Shown piece after piece: positions 62,096-62,133 of a stretch of DNA of 62,133 bases; positions within the stretch are counted from its first letter, which is position 1; each line of letters begins with the position of its first letter. The position numbers and the translations under genes are program-made. Where the stretch lies: the NCBI GenBank assembly GCA_018818205.1, contig JAHISJ010000029.1, positions 1 through 62,133 of the forward strand. Direction: 5' to 3'. The notes under the pieces were generated by a model. The model was not told where the DNA came from. It did no database searches and saw only the letters and a list, made by a program, of their open reading frames with translations. The stretch comes from Patescibacteria group bacterium (lineage in GTDB: Bacteria > Patescibacteriota > JABMPQ01 > JAHIRA01).

Positions 62096-62133
62096 GGAAA
62101 GTACGTTTTATCTCAAATAGTAGAATTTATTCC
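62087..62133 (+). mobile_element. 5' end of an IS4-family (DUF4372-type N-terminus) transposase gene, truncated by the window edge
   Basis: MNQGKYVLSQIVEFI matches the MNQGKYVF.QL..F N-terminus that I recall for this transposase family. Only 15 codons are visible. Confidence 0.4.

Noticed and set aside
1-62133. Possible alternative genetic code (UGA recoding, as in some CPR lineages).
   Set aside because: All recognisable housekeeping genes (polA, uvrB, truB, galU, rpsD and others) are full-length under the standard code, with no in-frame TGA needing read-through.

Overview
62-kb window from a compact, moderately AT-rich bacterial genome that reads cleanly with the standard genetic code. The gene content suggests a CPR/Patescibacteria-like organism, which is inference only: T4SS-pilin-family paralogs, a lamin-tail-domain surface protein, FemAB, GT-C-like membrane proteins, a RAYT with GC-rich REPs, and GTCATCCCGG MITE-like repeats. 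Recognisable housekeeping genes are polA, holA, uvrB, ruvA, truB, rlmE, queH, galU, rpsT, rpsD, a PGI/PMI-type isomerase, an aldehyde dehydrogenase, an LCP protein, an O-antigen-ligase-like protein, an EAL protein and four tRNAs (His-GTG, Leu-CAA, Arg-CCT, Leu-TAG). Structures worth a second look: (1) Bases 286-7360 form an array of five single-gene cassettes separated by a conserved direct repeat that mimics the 3' flank of tRNA-His. One cassette is an overlapping PRTase-like + NADAR gene pair, and no recombinase is in view. (2) A gene-free ~1.15-kb region holds five perfect parS-type palindromes. It is embedded among perfect DnaA-box 9-mers that are coupled to a conserved GATC-containing AT-rich 20-mer. 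(3) Five tandem T4SS-pilin paralogs sit together, three of them fused to cysteine-rich repeat domains, with no secretion ATPase nearby. (4) A divergent pair of very large cysteine-rich secreted proteins. (5) A RAYT/REP locus whose repeats have entered coding regions. (6) An AT-rich terminal segment in which consecutive genes are bracketed by inverted repeats, next to the start of an IS4-like transposase. All functional calls come from motif recognition by eye; no database search was run.
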